The notes under the pieces are model-generated. The model was not told the origin of the DNA. It made no database searches and saw nothing but the letters and a program-made list of their open reading frames with translations. A program made the position numbers and the translations under genes. Below are positions 43,752 to 52,446 of a stretch of 64,000 nt of DNA, piece after piece. Every line of letters starts with the position of its first letter. Positions within the stretch are counted from its first letter, which is position 1. The stretch is from a virus (taxonomy: Duplodnaviria > Caudoviricetes), in the IMG/VR virus record IMGVR_UViG_3300012200_000001, positions 1 through 64,000 of that record; one strand, given 5' to 3'.

Positions 43752-44122
43752 GTGCACTCATACAGAACTTCTCGGTCCCAGCAGATGATGATGTGGAGGT
43801 CACTCTAAAGGTAGATCCGGACCTGGGCCTCGATACGCTTGAGGGCTCCGCGATCTACTGGCGCGTTTACGAGCAGCAGTTCGGCATTCCTGACTTTGAT
43901 GCCTCGCCTTTGCCTCTGCTGGAAAAGTCCACACTCGACGGCTCGATTACGTTGCTGCCGTCGCCGCCGCCCATGGAGTGTCAGATCAAGATTGCACGCG
44001 CCGACACCGCGAATCTGCTACGCAACTACTACCACGAGACGACGCTGATTGATGTGGCCGGTAACTTATCGACGCTCAACTGCGGGATTGTGACCATTAC
44101 GGCGACGGCGAACAGGCTCTAG
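43748..44122 (+). CDS. BppU N-terminal-like adaptor domain protein
   Basis: GDD-like start, K...G.I......I.I...DT.......YYHE..L.D..G...T...G...I. Confidence 0.55.
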   Translation: MSALIQNFSVPADDDVEVTLKVDPDLGLDTLEGSAIYWRVYEQQFGIPDFDASPLPLLEKSTLDGSITLLPSPPPMECQIKIARADTANLLRNYYHETTLIDVAGNLSTLNCGIVTITATANRL

Positions 44123-44132
44123 GAGTGCGGCG

Positions 44133-44513
44133 ATGATAGTCCCCACTGTCACGAATATGAAATTTAAGTTTCCTGAGTTCAGGAATGTAGACGATGGCAC
44201 CGTCGAGTTCGCGATTGAGGAGGCGGTGGTCACGTGCGGGGGCGAAGGTCATTGGATCGATGATGCAAATCAGACGCTTGCCATGATGTACTACGCGGCG
44301 CACTTGCTACAGGTCTCCATCATGCGGGCGGGGTCCGGTACGGGCCAGATCATTTCGAGCGAGCGCACGCCGGAGTTGTCGGTCACCTATGCAGTACCGA
44401 ATATGAATGCGCCGATTGATTTTACCATGACGATCTACGGCGAGCGCTTTCTCGGTTTGGTAAGGAAGAACTTTCCCGCCATTCTTACGGTGGGCAGCGC
44501 GACGGCGATGTGA
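44133..44513 (+). CDS. Head-tail adaptor (DUF4054 family)
   Basis: F.FPEF..V.D..V..A...W...YYAAHLL...SE...ELSV.YA...T.YG..F. Confidence 0.85.
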   Translation: MIVPTVTNMKFKFPEFRNVDDGTVEFAIEEAVVTCGGEGHWIDDANQTLAMMYYAAHLLQVSIMRAGSGTGQIISSERTPELSVTYAVPNMNAPIDFTMTIYGERFLGLVRKNFPAILTVGSATAM

Positions 44514-44929
44514 TGGCCACGTTTTATGAACCCTTTCCCTACGGTGTGGGCCGCTCGCGTCGGATTTGGGATAGCATGATCAAACGATATGGCAACCTCG
44601 CATTGCTGCGACAGCCAGATCTGCCTGATCGGTTTGTGTCCATTCTTTCGGCAAACTTCACCGCACTTGAGAGACAGGGCGGCATCAGTAATCCCACCGA
44701 CCGCAAGGTGCTCTTGTCGGCATTTAGTCCAGGCACCGAACAAGTGCTTGATCCGGAGCCGAGCGAGCGCGACATGCTAGTCACGCTGAGTCTCAATGAC
44801 GACGGAAGTCCGGTGAAGGATGCAAGCGGCAATCCGGTGGAGGACGAGCATCTCAAGCTAGTCGCCCCGCCCGCCCGCATTGGTCCTAGCCGAAAACAGT
44901 TGTACTGGGTGCTGCAGGCACGGGCATGA
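44510..44929 (+). CDS. Putative head-closure protein
   Basis: Position after adaptor; I.RYG..A.L...DR..L...LQAR. Confidence 0.55.
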   Translation: MMATFYEPFPYGVGRSRRIWDSMIKRYGNLALLRQPDLPDRFVSILSANFTALERQGGISNPTDRKVLLSAFSPGTEQVLDPEPSERDMLVTLSLNDDGSPVKDASGNPVEDEHLKLVAPPARIGPSRKQLYWVLQARA

Positions 44930-45441
44930 CATTCGACCAGACACTGGACCGGCGGGAGGCCATTCTGGATCGGCTGTTCGAGATCGGGCAGGGGCTTAGC
45001 GGTATTGCCGAGGCGCACCGCAACTACGGTCCGACCCCAAATGGCATCTTAGGCGTACAGCGCCCCGCGTTTTTGCTGTATGACGGCGGAGCCAGACTCA
45101 CGCAGGATGTGCGGATGCACAAGGCGACCAAGATGCCCCCGACCATCTGGCGCATGGACCCGCAGATCGTGGTGCTGTTGGAGAGCAGAGATACCGTCGA
45201 GAACGTAAGGGTGGACGGGGTAGATCGCCCAGTCGGGCCTGAAATTTCCACTTGGTTCAACTTGATCAAGGACACCATCACCAATGACAGCGTCCTGCTC
45301 GATTTGGTCACGGCAAACGGCACGCACTTCGTGAGCGGCTGCGAGACTGATCTAAAGGTAGGCAGAACCATAGGAGCCCTCGGCGCGTGGCTCATGATGC
45401 TCTATGAGTTCTACTATCCGTTGTTTCCATCGCGCCAATGA
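44926..45441 (+). CDS. Putative tail terminator
   Basis: Position before tail tube; RE.IL.RL..I...P...LYDG. Confidence 0.55.
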   Translation: MTFDQTLDRREAILDRLFEIGQGLSGIAEAHRNYGPTPNGILGVQRPAFLLYDGGARLTQDVRMHKATKMPPTIWRMDPQIVVLLESRDTVENVRVDGVDRPVGPEISTWFNLIKDTITNDSVLLDLVTANGTHFVSGCETDLKVGRTIGALGAWLMMLYEFYYPLFPSRQ

Positions 45442-45465
45442 AGGAGGAGAGAAAGCGCAGATGAA

Positions 45466-45999
45466 ATGCCTGTTCCCGGCCCTAGCCCAAATATCGGTAA
45501 CTATGTTGTCGGTCGTGGCATCGGCTACGTCAAATTGGTAGCGCCGAGCCTCAGCCCAGATGTCGACTACGTGGACGTCGGCAACATCACCGAGTTCACG
45601 TTCCTGGTTAAGCCGACCCGTTTGGAGCACTACAGCTCCCGTGTCGGTGTGCGTAAGAAGGACATGGTGGTCGTCACCGAAGTCGCTGCCACGCTGACCA
45701 TGATCCTCGAGGAGTTCACAGCTCGAAACCTTGGCATGGCTGTTCTGGGTGCCGCTTCTGGCGGAACGGTCACGATCTTGTCGGAACCGCTGCTCTATGC
45801 GGCGTTTAAGTTCGTTTCGACCAACGCCATCGGCCCGCAATACACCTATACGTTTCCGCTCTGTCTGTTCACGCCGACAAAGGCGATTAGCCTTCTGCCG
45901 ACGGGAAGCGGAACATGGGGGCAGATGGATTTCGAGGCGGATGTGTTGTTCGACGACGTCAGCGGAGGATTTGGAACTATCGTTGATACGACACACTGA
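45466..45999 (+). CDS. Major tail (tube) protein
   Basis: NY.VGRG..Y...Y.DVGN..EF...LEHYSSR.GVRKKD; strong AGGAGG SD. Confidence 0.8.
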   Translation: MPVPGPSPNIGNYVVGRGIGYVKLVAPSLSPDVDYVDVGNITEFTFLVKPTRLEHYSSRVGVRKKDMVVVTEVAATLTMILEEFTARNLGMAVLGAASGGTVTILSEPLLYAAFKFVSTNAIGPQYTYTFPLCLFTPTKAISLLPTGSGTWGQMDFEADVLFDDVSGGFGTIVDTTH

Positions 46000-46022
46000 C
46001 GTCGGCTGCAGAGGAGGAGAAT

Positions 46023-46517
46023 ATGGCTAGCATGTTGTCGCTGCTCGATGTCCTTCCGCGCCATGAGCGGGTGGACATCGGCGGTGGCCAGAAGATCGAT
46101 GTATACGGTATTTCTGGTGGAGACATCGGCAAAATTCTGGAGCGTTACCCAAACGCTTTTCAACAGATTGCCGATTCTGGCAGTCAGCCTACGCGAATGG
46201 ACGCGGGCTTGCTCGGTGCATTATTGGCAGCAAGTCAGCGCAACGGCGAGGATGAGTCGATGCTAAATAACGAGAAGGCGGAGAAGCGCGGCCGCGCTCT
46301 TGCTGTCAGCGACCAGATAAAGATCATGCAAGCACTGGGACGATGTACCTTCCCAGATGGTATCGGCCCTTTTCTCGAAGACCTCGTATCAATGTCATCG
46401 GAGACGTTCAAAGCTACAGAGGTCATCGTACGAGTCGTTTCAAAGGATCAGCCTACGGAATCGCCGCCGACGCCGAAGCCCTCGGAGCCGCCCGACACCC
46501 CACCGTCTGGAAGTTAA
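46023..46517 (+). CDS. Tail assembly chaperone (G-like)
   Basis: Between tail tube and tape measure; ends near TFPDGIGPF. Confidence 0.75.
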   Translation: MASMLSLLDVLPRHERVDIGGGQKIDVYGISGGDIGKILERYPNAFQQIADSGSQPTRMDAGLLGALLAASQRNGEDESMLNNEKAEKRGRALAVSDQIKIMQALGRCTFPDGIGPFLEDLVSMSSETFKATEVIVRVVSKDQPTESPPTPKPSEPPDTPPSGS

Positions 46518-46690
46518 CGCCGCGTCAGATGTCAGCGCTGTTGTTCATTGAGAATAAGCGCAAAGCATTTGAAAAAATTGAGTTGGTCAGCATGCTGCGG
46601 CTGGCGATGAACGGCTCAAAGCGAGACGTTGAAAAGGTTATGGAGCGATGGGCCAAGAGCGCTGAGATCGACCTAAAGTTCGAGGACTGA
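46367..46690 (+). CDS. -1 frameshift extension of the tail chaperone (GT-like)
   Basis: In-frame slippery heptamer C CCT TTT at 46367-46373; -1 frame open to 46690 (VWKLTPRQM..LL). Confidence 0.65.
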   Translation, partial: PFSRRPRINVIGDVQSYRGHRTSRFKGSAYGIAADAEALGAARHPTVWKLTPRQMSALLFIENKRKAFEKIELVSMLRLAMNGSKRDVEKVMERWAKSAEIDLKFED

Positions 46691-46691
46691 A

Positions 46692-47255
46692 ATGGAACTG
46701 AAAGTTAAGTGGAGCAACGAGCCGGAGGTAACCCGGAAGATCAAGCAGAATATGGATAAGCTTGGACACGTCGTCCGCGAAGCGATGCAGGAGGCCGCCG
46801 AGGAGACTGCCGAGTTCATCTTGTTTCGAGGTGCAGAAGACATTCAGGACGCTGGCAGGTTCGGTGATCGCTGGGTCGATGCGCTGCATGCTGATGTCAG
46901 TGAGACCCAGCGTACGGTTACCGTCGATGTGTCGATGCAGCCGGAGGGGCCGCCGGTCACGTATTGGAAAGTGTTCGAATACGGCGCGACGATACATGCG
47001 AAAAATCCAAGCGGATTGATGTGGCTGCCCTTCGCTGGCTCTGAGGGCACGGATGTGTGGCCGCGCGCGTATTCCGGTGACTTATTTCGCCGCGGCCGGG
47101 CGCTGTTCGATGCCGAAACCGGAGAGAAAAAATACTTCGGCGTCCCGGAGGTAACGATCCCGAAGAAGTTTCATCTCAATGAAATCGTCAAGGATGAAGC
47201 TGCGAAGGCGCGTTCCGTGTTCAAAAGAATCCTCGCTGAAAAACGTGAGACCTAG
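46692..47255 (+). CDS. HK97 gp10-like tail/neck completion protein
   Basis: REAM.EAA...GRFG.RW...FEYGATI. Confidence 0.6.
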   Translation: MELKVKWSNEPEVTRKIKQNMDKLGHVVREAMQEAAEETAEFILFRGAEDIQDAGRFGDRWVDALHADVSETQRTVTVDVSMQPEGPPVTYWKVFEYGATIHAKNPSGLMWLPFAGSEGTDVWPRAYSGDLFRRGRALFDAETGEKKYFGVPEVTIPKKFHLNEIVKDEAAKARSVFKRILAEKRET

Positions 47256-47257
47256 CC

Positions 47258-50200
47258 ATGGCGACCGACGAGATCATTAAGATAACTTTCGGGCTCGACA
47301 CAGGTGATGTCGCCTCGAAGGCGGCGGATGCGGGTAAACAGTCCGCTACCGCTTTCGAGGCGGGGTTTAAACCGAAGATTGACATTGTCCCTATTCCTAC
47401 GAGCCAGACGGCGGCAAAAGTTGCTTCCTCATATGCGGATGCGATTAGGAAGCTTTTGACGCCGGAAATTGAGAAATCATTTTTCGACATTGACTTCGCT
47501 AAAACAGGTTTCGGCAAAAACATTCACGAAGCGGTCAGGAAAGCTGCCGAGACGGCTCCTCCAACCCCCGCTGCCCTTCCTGCGATTGATCCAAGAGCGA
47601 CAGCGGAAACTATTGCCCATGGAATGAAGCCGGTCGTCGCCGGTTTGGAAGCTTTCACCGCCTTATTGAAGGGTGCCCCGCTGGGGGCAGCTGCTGCACT
47701 GGCGGTGCAGGGATTTGCACCAGAGCGAGAGCGGGGGCGGGGCGGCATACCCATTGCTCCGCCGCTTGGCGGAGCAGCACATGAGACTGAGGCTCAAAGA
47801 ATAGAGCGAAGACTTGCAGCGATTCCCGGCGCCGTTCCACCTGAACCCAGTGGAGTTGGCGGCGGCTTAAAAGCAGCCGGTGCGGGTGCCGCCGCAGGAG
47901 CTGTGTTTGGCGGCCCCGGATCGATCATCGGCGGTGCCATAGGCGGAGCGCTTGGATTTGCTACTCCAGTCCCAGGAGCAACAGCGGCTGGAATTGCTAC
48001 CGGCATTGTTATTGGCAAGGCAGCCGAGGACGTAACCAAATCTATTTTCGGAGCTGGTGAAGCTGTCGAGGATATGGCCGAAAAGGCATCTCGATTGGAC
48101 ATCGAGCTGTTGAATATGGCCAAGACGCTGAACACCACGCCAGCGCAGCTCTTGCGAATGCGCCATGAGGTGGCAGCGACTGGAGGGGATTTCGATAGCT
48201 GGGGCCTTTCACTGCAACGGCTGGCGGTTCATGCAAAACAGCAGATGCCGGAGATTGAACGGCAGGTCGAGCTTTCCAGCGATGTCATAACGGAATCCAA
48301 TATCAAGGTGGCAGAATCTACGCGCGGTGTTGCAAAGGCGCGAGATGATGAGCAGGCAGGTATAGAAAGAGTTGCCAAGACTAGAGGTGAGTTAGAAAAG
48401 TTTGAAGCGACGCGCGCGCAGGAGCGAGAGCAACAAGCTCGAGCTGCTGCATTGGCTGTGACCGGAGCGCAAATTGGTCTGCGTGGTGCGCAGATGCAAC
48501 GGGCGCAGGCAGGTATCGGCCTCGCCTTTGCGCCACAAGAAGCACGCCAAGCTGATATCGCTGGACCATTGACTGTTGAAGGTGCCCGGCTGGGTCGTAG
48601 AGGCGCGGGAATTGCTCTTGAAGAAGCCCAAGCGCGTTGGCGACGATTCGATACCGGCGAAGAAGAAGACCCCGATGTTGTAGAGCAGCGGCAGCGAAGA
48701 AAGGAAATTCTGGCAGTCCAGACTGCTCGCCACAATTTTGAAGACAAGAAACTCGCTGAAGACAAGGCGGAAACAGCCGAGCAGAAGCGGGTGACGATGA
48801 GGGGAGCTGGGCTTGGGCCTGAAGCGCAGGCTCAACAGCAAGCCGATCAAGCTGCTCAAGCCGAAGACCAAGCCAAGCTGCATCTCGAGCGGGTCACGAC
48901 CGCTCAAACAGGATTAAAAATTCTACAGGAGACCAACACGCTGCAGATGGAGGGCAATGAACTGCAGCGGCAACTAAACGAAGCGTTGCGTAATCAGCTT
49001 ACTGGGCCGGAGGCAGTGCAGCGAGCGGAAGCAAAGCTGCGAAAGGACATACAAGAACAAAAGAAGGTTCCGTATGGAGACGTACTAACAGTTCAGAGTG
49101 CAATCGAAGCCTTTCAGCGCGGCGAGCCGGTTCCCGGCTTTAAGTTTGAGCAGGTAGAGCCCGGGGCATTACGCGGCGCGCTCTTTCGTATGGGTGGCGG
49201 CAGAGCGAGCGATATTGTTGAGCGGTTGTCTGAGTACATACGCGGTCCAGCAGGAGAAGATCAGGCCGAGCAGTTACGCGCCATTGCCGAGGTCATCCCC
49301 GGTCGGCGTGGTGAGCGGCAACGAATGCAGATGTTGGACTATTTGAAGCTCTCGCCGGAAGAGCGAGCCGGTTTATCGACACCCAAAGATATCGAAAGGT
49401 TTCAGCAGCTAGAATCAACCATGCTGGGCAGGGAACCGGCAGCCCGAGGGTATTTAGCTCAACAGGGGATACGAGCCCTTGACGAACAAATGCGCGGGAT
49501 GGTCACAGGGCTCGAAGGCATAAATGTGGGAGGGAAGGTTTCGGCATTTGGTGAAGCTGTTGACCAGATTACGGACGCGGCAAAGCGAGTTGGCATCAAT
49601 ATCCCTGATTATCTTGCCATAGCACAAGGCGCGATCAAGGGAGCTGCAGATGCGCTCCACGACGCGGTTGCGAGCAAGGCCGGTGAAATAAAAGCCATTG
49701 TAATCGGTCCTCCAACTCCTACTCCAGCTCCTACTCCTACTCCTACTCCTGCAGAGCGAATTAAGGGTGGGTTTGAAGCAATCGAACAGCAAACCGGTGG
49801 TTTGATTTCTGGTCCCGGATCGGAGACTAGCGATTCTATTCCGATCAGGGCTTCGCATGGCGAGTTCATCATCAAAGCGGAGCGCACGCGAGCATTGGGA
49901 GTGTCGTTCTTAAATGCGCTGAATGAAGGCAAGCTTGACTTTGCTAAAGGCGGTATCATTCCGCGTTTCCAGGGCGGCGGTCCTGTTGTGCGTACGGTGC
50001 GCCCGCCCGGTGATGATGAGTATTGGAAATGGGTTGAGGCCAGCGGGATTCGACCAAATCGCGCGGAATGGAATGAAGTCAAAGCGGCGGGACTAGATCC
50101 GAATACATCCTTCGACGCAGACGGCAGCCTCAGCCCAGAGGCCGCAGCTAAGATCAAGACCCACAAGGCAGCAGCACCCAAACCAACCACGACAACGCAG

Positions 50201-51973
50201 GCGGCCGCCGCAGCGCGCGCCGTAACGCCCATAACGCCAGTCGGGGCCGGTATCAGGTTTGCACCAGGCGCACAGCCAGAAGCGCAGCTAAGCGATGAGC
50301 AAGTAAGGGACCGTTTGAAGGATCGTGGCTTCAACGTACCGAAGGATGCGACCATCGTTCGCAATCCATTCTTTCCCGATGACAGCTTCCAGATTCGCCT
50401 GCCAAACAGGGGACCGGTGATCCTTATTCCTCCGACCACGGACCCGACTCGGCCGACGACGGATTTCCCATCTCGACCACCTGGCCCGCCAAGCAAGCGG
50501 GATCTGTCTATCCCCTTTAAGGTGTCGCCCCGCGACCTAGCAACGCCGCAAGAGCCTGTCACCAAACCGACGCTTATTCCTTCATCGACGTTGTCGATCC
50601 CGGTAGAACGCAAGCCTGGAGAGAGCAAGGCTGATTTTGATGAGCGGGTTCAGCGTTGGTACGAAGAAAGGGATAGAGCGGCTCAGCAACGTGGGGACGC
50701 TGTCAAAGATGCCACAGGAAAAGTAATTCCGTTAGAGAAGCAGACGACCGACACCGGATTTAGTTTGTTATCGCCAGCCGAGATAAGGAAACAACTCGAA
50801 CAGACTGCAGAGGGCCGCAAGACCCTTAAAGAGATTGCTCCCGAGGAAATCCCGCTTCCGCAATCGAGGCCGCAAGAGGCTGGACTAGGGGAACTCCCGT
50901 TTCCGCGGCCAAGGCCGAAAGAGGCAGGACCACGGGAGCCCATACCTGAGCCTCAAAAGCGGGTCATGCCGCTTCCGGAAGCCGCAACTATCGAATCAAT
51001 CGTAGAGCATCTAAAGACGCTCGTTCCGAAGGAGGAGCCGCAGCGCAAACCAACGATGGAAGAGCTGCGCGAGCAGTTGATCGAGCCGAGCACCCCAGAG
51101 CAACGAAAGATCGACCCGAACCTATTCCGTGGTGAACGGACGCCTGACGTTCAGCTAGCCATGAAGCGCGAAGAGGAGGAGCGCGAGCGGCGTAGGCGCG
51201 AGGAGCAAGAGACCGAGGCGGCGGCGGGTGGCCTCGTTCAGCGATTGCAGGAAGGCGGCCCGGTTTACGGCTACGATTTTCCAGGTGAGGTGGACCGGCG
51301 CGTGGAAGCATTGTCAGCTTTGGCTGCCACGGAGGCCGGTGGTGCCTTGGCCCAAGAGGCTGGCCTCGGCGACGTCGCTAGGAAAAAGGAAGAACAGGTC
51401 TTCCGCCTACAAGGGCCCGAGCGCGAAGACAAGCCCCACGAGGAGCCCGCCGAGGGCAGAGGCTTCGCAGAGATGGCTAAGGGTTTTCCAGAGTCGCAAC
51501 AGCCTTACTACTACGAGCGGCGGGGGGAACCGACCCCGCCGGAACTCAGCCTAGCGCAGGCCGGAGAATCGCTGGAGGATGTGACGTCCGGGGCACATGC
51601 CCCAAGCGTCGCGGCGAGTCTGGAGGCATTCGGGTTCAAGCCGAGGGCTTTTAAGTTTGCTGCGGGTGGTCTTGTGGTCGGCAGTAACGGTACTCGCGTT
51701 GATGTGGGCGATGCGATTACGCGTCTTGTGCGACCCGGCTTCCAGAGCGGCGGGATTGTGAATGCGGATTTATTCGAGACGGGGTTTGCGGGCGACTCAC
51801 GAGCTTATTCGGGCGGAGGTCAGAATACGCTTGGATTTCACCAGCTCGATATCCGAACCAACGCTGGCGACTTCACCGCTGGTGTGAGTGCGGACACGAT
51901 GGAGGCCCTGCAAAGGTCTTCACTCGGCGGCAAGCTGACGCAAACGGGGCCGCGTCCCACTTGGTACAGCTAA
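47258..51973 (+). CDS. Tape measure protein
   Basis: 1571 aa; Gly/Ala hydrophobic stretch, long coiled coils, GG.ISGPG..TSDSIP..AS.GEF motif. Confidence 0.9.
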   Translation: MATDEIIKITFGLDTGDVASKAADAGKQSATAFEAGFKPKIDIVPIPTSQTAAKVASSYADAIRKLLTPEIEKSFFDIDFAKTGFGKNIHEAVRKAAETAPPTPAALPAIDPRATAETIAHGMKPVVAGLEAFTALLKGAPLGAAAALAVQGFAPERERGRGGIPIAPPLGGAAHETEAQRIERRLAAIPGAVPPEPSGVGGGLKAAGAGAAAGAVFGGPGSIIGGAIGGALGFATPVPGATAAGIATGIVIGKAAEDVTKSIFGAGEAVEDMAEKASRLDIELLNMAKTLNTTPAQLLRMRHEVAATGGDFDSWGLSLQRLAVHAKQQMPEIERQVELSSDVITESNIKVAESTRGVAKARDDEQAGIERVAKTRGELEKFEATRAQEREQQARAAALAVTGAQIGLRGAQMQRAQAGIGLAFAPQEARQADIAGPLTVEGARLGRRGAGIALEEAQARWRRFDTGEEEDPDVVEQRQRRKEILAVQTARHNFEDKKLAEDKAETAEQKRVTMRGAGLGPEAQAQQQADQAAQAEDQAKLHLERVTTAQTGLKILQETNTLQMEGNELQRQLNEALRNQLTGPEAVQRAEAKLRKDIQEQKKVPYGDVLTVQSAIEAFQRGEPVPGFKFEQVEPGALRGALFRMGGGRASDIVERLSEYIRGPAGEDQAEQLRAIAEVIPGRRGERQRMQMLDYLKLSPEERAGLSTPKDIERFQQLESTMLGREPAARGYLAQQGIRALDEQMRGMVTGLEGINVGGKVSAFGEAVDQITDAAKRVGINIPDYLAIAQGAIKGAADALHDAVASKAGEIKAIVIGPPTPTPAPTPTPTPAERIKGGFEAIEQQTGGLISGPGSETSDSIPIRASHGEFIIKAERTRALGVSFLNALNEGKLDFAKGGIIPRFQGGGPVVRTVRPPGDDEYWKWVEASGIRPNRAEWNEVKAAGLDPNTSFDADGSLSPEAAAKIKTHKAAAPKPTTTTQAAAAARAVTPITPVGAGIRFAPGAQPEAQLSDEQVRDRLKDRGFNVPKDATIVRNPFFPDDSFQIRLPNRGPVILIPPTTDPTRPTTDFPSRPPGPPSKRDLSIPFKVSPRDLATPQEPVTKPTLIPSSTLSIPVERKPGESKADFDERVQRWYEERDRAAQQRGDAVKDATGKVIPLEKQTTDTGFSLLSPAEIRKQLEQTAEGRKTLKEIAPEEIPLPQSRPQEAGLGELPFPRPRPKEAGPREPIPEPQKRVMPLPEAATIESIVEHLKTLVPKEEPQRKPTMEELREQLIEPSTPEQRKIDPNLFRGERTPDVQLAMKREEEERERRRREEQETEAAAGGLVQRLQEGGPVYGYDFPGEVDRRVEALSALAATEAGGALAQEAGLGDVARKKEEQVFRLQGPEREDKPHEEPAEGRGFAEMAKGFPESQQPYYYERRGEPTPPELSLAQAGESLEDVTSGAHAPSVAASLEAFGFKPRAFKFAAGGLVVGSNGTRVDVGDAITRLVRPGFQSGGIVNADLFETGFAGDSRAYSGGGQNTLGFHQLDIRTNAGDFTAGVSADTMEALQRSSLGGKLTQTGPRPTWYS

Positions 51974-52444
51974 ATGATCACTCTCACCAACGGCACACTG
52001 CTAGTTCTTACGCCGCTGTCGGGTTTTGCGTCGCTACAGCTGACACCATTTGCAGCGCGCGGGCTTACGCAAACTCTTGAATTGATAAAGGGCGGCGGCG
52101 GGGGTGGTGGTGGTTGGCTGAGACGTGACGTGAATGGCATTCTGCGCTCCGTCGTAGACACGCGCTTTCGAAAATACAGAAGCACGGTCACGTGCAAGGA
52201 CGGCGAAACGCCTTGCCTCGATAATGCGTGGATCGGCGAGCCCGTGCTGGTCAGTTGTGCCTACGAGCTGAGCTATCCGACTGGAGCCTCTCCCGGGCGG
52301 CCCGTCGTGAGCGGCTCCACACGTACACAGGGCACCGTGACCTATTACCGCCCAGAACTTACCATGATGGTTGCGGATATCAGACTGTCATTGCCGGAAT
52401 GGCAAGCGCAGTATGATTGGCAAATTGATTTAGAGGAGATTTAA
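51974..52444 (+). CDS. Distal tail protein-like
   Basis: Follows TMP; RR.VNG.L...RKYRST..C.D...W.I.LEE. Confidence 0.65.
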   Translation: MITLTNGTLLVLTPLSGFASLQLTPFAARGLTQTLELIKGGGGGGGGWLRRDVNGILRSVVDTRFRKYRSTVTCKDGETPCLDNAWIGEPVLVSCAYELSYPTGASPGRPVVSGSTRTQGTVTYYRPELTMMVADIRLSLPEWQAQYDWQIDLEEI

Positions 52445-52446
52445 AC

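Noticed and set aside
49700-49750. PTPTPAPTPTPTP repeat in the TMP as a separate element
   Set aside because: Ordinary proline-threonine linker
49609-50628. 339-aa antisense ORF inside the tape measure, and other long shadow ORFs
   Set aside because: They overlap well-supported genes in a GC-rich genome and show no recognisable motifs or SD
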